This document shows, piece after piece, positions 60,485 to 64,000 of a stretch of DNA of 64,000 bases (positions are counted from its first letter, which is position 1; every line of letters begins with the position of its first letter). Location: NCBI RefSeq assembly GCF_032444005.1, contig NC_091282.1, positions 2,728,001 through 2,792,000 on the forward strand, read 5' to 3'. A model generated the notes under the pieces. It was not told the DNA's origin and searched no databases. It was given only the letters and a program-made list of their open reading frames with translations. This DNA is from Ranitomeya imitator. Its lineage: Eukaryota. Position numbers and translations under genes: made by a program.

Positions 60485-61915
60485 ATGAAGCGTGCATCAA
60501 TGTCCTCAGTAGGGGACGCCGAGCACCCTCAGGGAGAGGGACCGGAGCAGCCCAACAAGAGCGGTAGCGGCCGCTCGAGAAGCAGCAGCAGCAGCGTGGT
60601 ACGGGGGCAGCAGCGTGCGAGCGCCCCAGCGTCACATGTGGATCCTTCTCCTCCAGAACCGGTATTCACAGATTCAGCCTTATGGTGAGTGTTAACAATA
60701 CACCTGGTGCTGATATGGTCCGTTATTTTGTGCTTAGATTTAGATTATTTTTTCCCCCTAAAACAAAGCACAAACAATGTGCTTTATGCACGACTCCAAT
60801 GCCTGACAGTTATACCAAGAGGCTGTGTCAGGCGTGCATATCTCAGACCTTAGAAGAGGAAGCTCCCCTTCAGTCATCAGACTTTAGAGCGGTCATCAGG
60901 GAAGAAATAAGCTATTCCCTTAGAGGCAGCCGCCATGAAAGGTCGGTCAGGGACATATCTCCTGGATCTAGTCTGTCCCTGCAAGAAGGTGAATGTTCCC
61001 GCTCCTCATCTCCATCCTCCTCAGATGAAGAATGAAGGCCATGTTTTTCGGTTGATAACATGGATATGTTAGTTAAAGGAGTCCGAGCAACCATGGGTGT
61101 TGCAGAGAACAGGGAACCAAGATCCGCACAAGACATAATGTTTGCGGGCTTGTGCCAGAGGAGTCGTAAGGCATTCCCGGTGGTAGATACAGTTAAGACC
61201 CTTATTAAACGGGAATGGCATAAACAGGACAATGGTTTCCTGCCGTCATCAGCAAAAAGAAGGTATCCCTTTGACGATAATGATCTGGCAGAATGGATGA
61301 AAGTCCCAAAAGTGGACGCAGCGGTGGCTTCTACGTCTAAAGCCGGTGCTTTGCCGCTGGAGGATGTAGGCCTTCTGAAAGATCCGTCGGATAGGAAAGC
61401 GGACATGTTTTTGAAGAAGGTGTGGGAATCATCTGCTGGTGCATTCAAACCGGCGATCTCTAGTACGTGCACGGCTAGATCCGTCATGGTGTGGATATCC
61501 CAGCTGGAAGAACAGCTGAAGTCCAAGGTGCCCAGAGACAAGATGCTGAACTCCCTTTCGCAAATACAGGAAGGGGTGGCGTATTTAGCGGATGCATCTG
61601 TGGATTCTCTAAAATTAGCAGCCAGATCAGCAGGTCTCTCAAACGCTTCTCGCTGAGCCCTATGGCTTAAGACCTGGAAAGGAGATGCCCAGGCGAGAGC
61701 TAAACTGTGTACAATTCCGTGTAGGGGTGAGTACCTGTTTGGCCCGGTATTGGATGATATCCTAGCTAAGGCTGAGGATAGGAAGAAAGGTTTTCCTAAA
61801 GCTTTCAATCCTACCTTTAGGAATACCTTCAGGAGACGCTTCCCATACCGAAGACCTTACCAGAACCGAGACTGGGATGGGAGTCAACGGAGCCGAAAAA
61901 GAAAGGTCGGACTTT
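60485..61915 (+). pseudogene. DIRS1 ORF1 (gag-like; CxxC...CxxC finger and VPKVD domain) with stops
   Basis: CALC...CQAC, WMKVPKVDAAVA, D..DRKAD..LK and KGEYLFG..LD are typical of vertebrate DIRS1 ORF1. Confidence 0.75.
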
Positions 61916-61959
61916 AATGCCTCCATCTTCCTCAAGAAGAAGAAGAAATTATCGCTAAT

Positions 61960-63595
61960 AAAGATCTTCCAGTAGGGGGCAGGTTAAAATATTTCTATGC
62001 TCAGTGGGCCAAAATAACTTCGAGCAATTGGGTTCTGGGTATAATTAAATCGGGGTTAAAATTAGAATTCCGGGAAAAACCTTCTGATTTTTATATCTTG
62101 ACTGCCCCTGATTCCTTAGACCAACAAAAGGCCCTTGAAAAAGAGGTTCAGATGTTAAGACGGAAGGAAGTTATAGTAGAGGTTCCAAAACATCAGCAGG
62201 GGAAAGGGTTCTATTCCCCTTTATTTTTAATCTCCAAACCAGATGGATCCTTTCGAACCATCATAAATTTACGGAGATTGAACAAACATCTACAATATCA
62301 TGCCTTTAAGATGGAATCTATTAAAACGGCGACTAAACTTCTTTTTCCCAGATGTTATGACAGTCCTGGATTTAAAGGATGCGTATTACCATCTGCCCAT
62401 TCACCAGGATCATCAACAATTCCTCAGAATGGCGGTGCGCTTAAACGACCAGGTCAGACATTTTCAGTTTACTGCAATGCCATTTGGTCTATCTATGGCA
62501 CCGAGGGTGTTTACTAAAGTCATGGCAGAAGTAATGGCCTATATCAGAGAACATGATACGTTAATTATACCCTACTTGGATGACTTCCTGGTAGTGGGAA
62601 ATTTGTTTTCTCAGTGTAGAAGTCGCCTAAATCATGTAATATCTTCCTTACAGGACTTGGGTTGGCTAGTCAATATGGAAAAATCAAGATTGGAACCATC
62701 AACGACTCAGACCTTCCTGGGTATTCTGCTAGATTGGGAAGAGCAACTATGTTTCCTTCCGGAAGAGAAAAAGCAGAGGATTGTGCACAAAGTCTGTACT
62801 GTAACAAAAAAAACAGATCTGACTTTGAGAGACGCTATGTCTCTTCTGGGATCCCTGACATCTTGCATACCGGCCGTCCAGTGGGCTCAATTCCACACTC
62901 GAGTATTCCAGGGCCAGGTCTTGGATGCAGAGAGGAGTCTTCAAGGGCAATTAGGCGGAAGACTCAGGCTGTCCGCCGCCACTCTACACAGTCTGAGATG
63001 GTGGTTAAACAGAAGACATTTAGGAAAAGGAGTACGCTGGAGTATAGTTCCAGACAACACGGTTACAACCGATGCCAGTCCGATAGGATGGGGAGCTCAT
63101 ACAGGAGATGTTTGGACTCAAGGGCAATGGTTTCTCTTAGAGGCTCAAGAGTCCTCGAATTGGAAAGGGCTTACGGCAGTAAAAAAGGCCCTACTCAGGT
63201 TGCTACCATCTCTGCAGGATTCACATGTAAGAGTCCAGTCAGACAACACAACAGTAGTGGCGAATCTCCACCACCAAGGAGGTACAAGGTCAAGATCTCT
63301 AATGAACACCACCACAGACATACTCAACGTAGCCGAGGCTCACTTTCACTCTCTATCAGCCGTTCACATTCGGGGAGAGCTCAACACAGAGGCAGACTAC
63401 CTCAGCCGTCATTCTCTACGTCAGGGAGAATGGGTGCTAAATCGACGAGTGTTCAAACAGATAGTAGACCTATGGGGGTTGCCCGTTTTAGATCTATTTG
63501 CAACGAGAGAGAACAGACAGACCAGGAGGTTCGCTTCTCTTCGAGTGGCGGACAAGCCCTGTATAATAGACTCCCTTCAAATACACTGGGATTTC
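61960..63595 (+). pseudogene. DIRS1 RT-RNase H(-MT) ORF, frameshifted
   Basis: GFYSPLFLISKPDGSFR, LDLKDAYYH, MPFGLS.APRVFTK, PYLDDFL, TTDAS..GWG, SDNTT and LDLFAT.EN. Confidence 0.9.
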
Positions 63596-64000
63596 TGTTG
63601 TGAATTCTGTGGCTGAGTTCACTTCTGTGGTCACAAGTGGTATTGCAGTCTCTGGGCTTCCTCCCTCAGGTGTTTTGGTGAGCTCGTTGGCTGCCTTGCT
63701 ATTTAGCTCCACCTGAGTCTGTCTTCCTTGCTCCTTGTCAATGTTCCAGTGTTGGATCTGAGCTACTGCATCTTTCCTTGGGCCTGCTGCTCTGCTAGAT
63801 AAGTGCTTCTAGTTTGTTTTCTGTTTTTTTCTGTCCAGCTTGCTATTGTCTTTTGCTGGAAGCTCTGAGAAGCAGAGGGGTGCACCGCCGTGCTGTTAGT
63901 TCGGCACGGTGGGTCTTTTTGCCCCTTTGCGTGGTTTTCGTTTTAGGGTTTTTTGTAGACTGCATAGTTCTCTTTGCTATCCTCGCTCTGTCTAGAATAT
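63596..64000 (+). mobile_element. LTR of another LTR retrotransposon inserted into DIRS1; runs off the right edge
   Basis: DIRS homology stops abruptly at TGTTGTGAATTC (TG start), followed by non-coding sequence. Confidence 0.65.

Larger units (their letters stand above)
60070..63595 (+). mobile_element. DIRS1-like retrotransposon, 5' part; the tyrosine recombinase is not present in the window
   Basis: It starts TTTCCTATCGCCATGACAGCACCC. A gag-like ORF and an RT/RNase H ORF follow, then the start of the methyltransferase-like domain. Confidence 0.85.

Noticed and set aside
60685-60770. Intron in DIRS1 ORF1 (strong GTGAGT donor at 60685)
   Set aside because: Joining to either nearby AG creates TGA; no clean in-frame splice could be built by hand.

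Overview
Eukaryotic vertebrate DNA that is almost entirely repeat-derived, most likely from a frog (inferred from the TTAA/T2-Kolobok MITE, V-SINE with an L2-type tail, DIRS1, and CR1/L2/L1/Tc1/Gypsy content). No prokaryotic genes, CRISPR arrays or rRNA/tRNA genes are present. The window is a stack of nested insertions. Three near-identical full-length copies and one truncated copy of a young CR1 LINE sit inside a Gypsy pol gene, an LTR-like piece within a Tc1, an L1 ORF1 and a satellite. There are also L2-in-L2-in-Tc1, two Gypsy elements, solo LTRs, a DIRS1 cut by an LTR, and about eight tandem arrays. The most striking structure is the CR1 5' end. It is made of a 126-128 bp monomer present about 2, 2 and 33 times in the three copies, always starting at nearly the same phase. 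Each monomer carries an octamer (ATTTGCAT) and has no ATG. In the 33-monomer copy both ORFs downstream are intact. Secondary leads are a degenerate hammerhead-like motif, a Gypsy whose pol ends at RNase H (Gmr1-like order), a 28-bp micro-inversion at a MITE end, a 20x amplified L2 3' hairpin unit, and possible host exons in the few TE-free islands. All very long repetitive ORFs in the track are treated as artefacts of tandem repeats.
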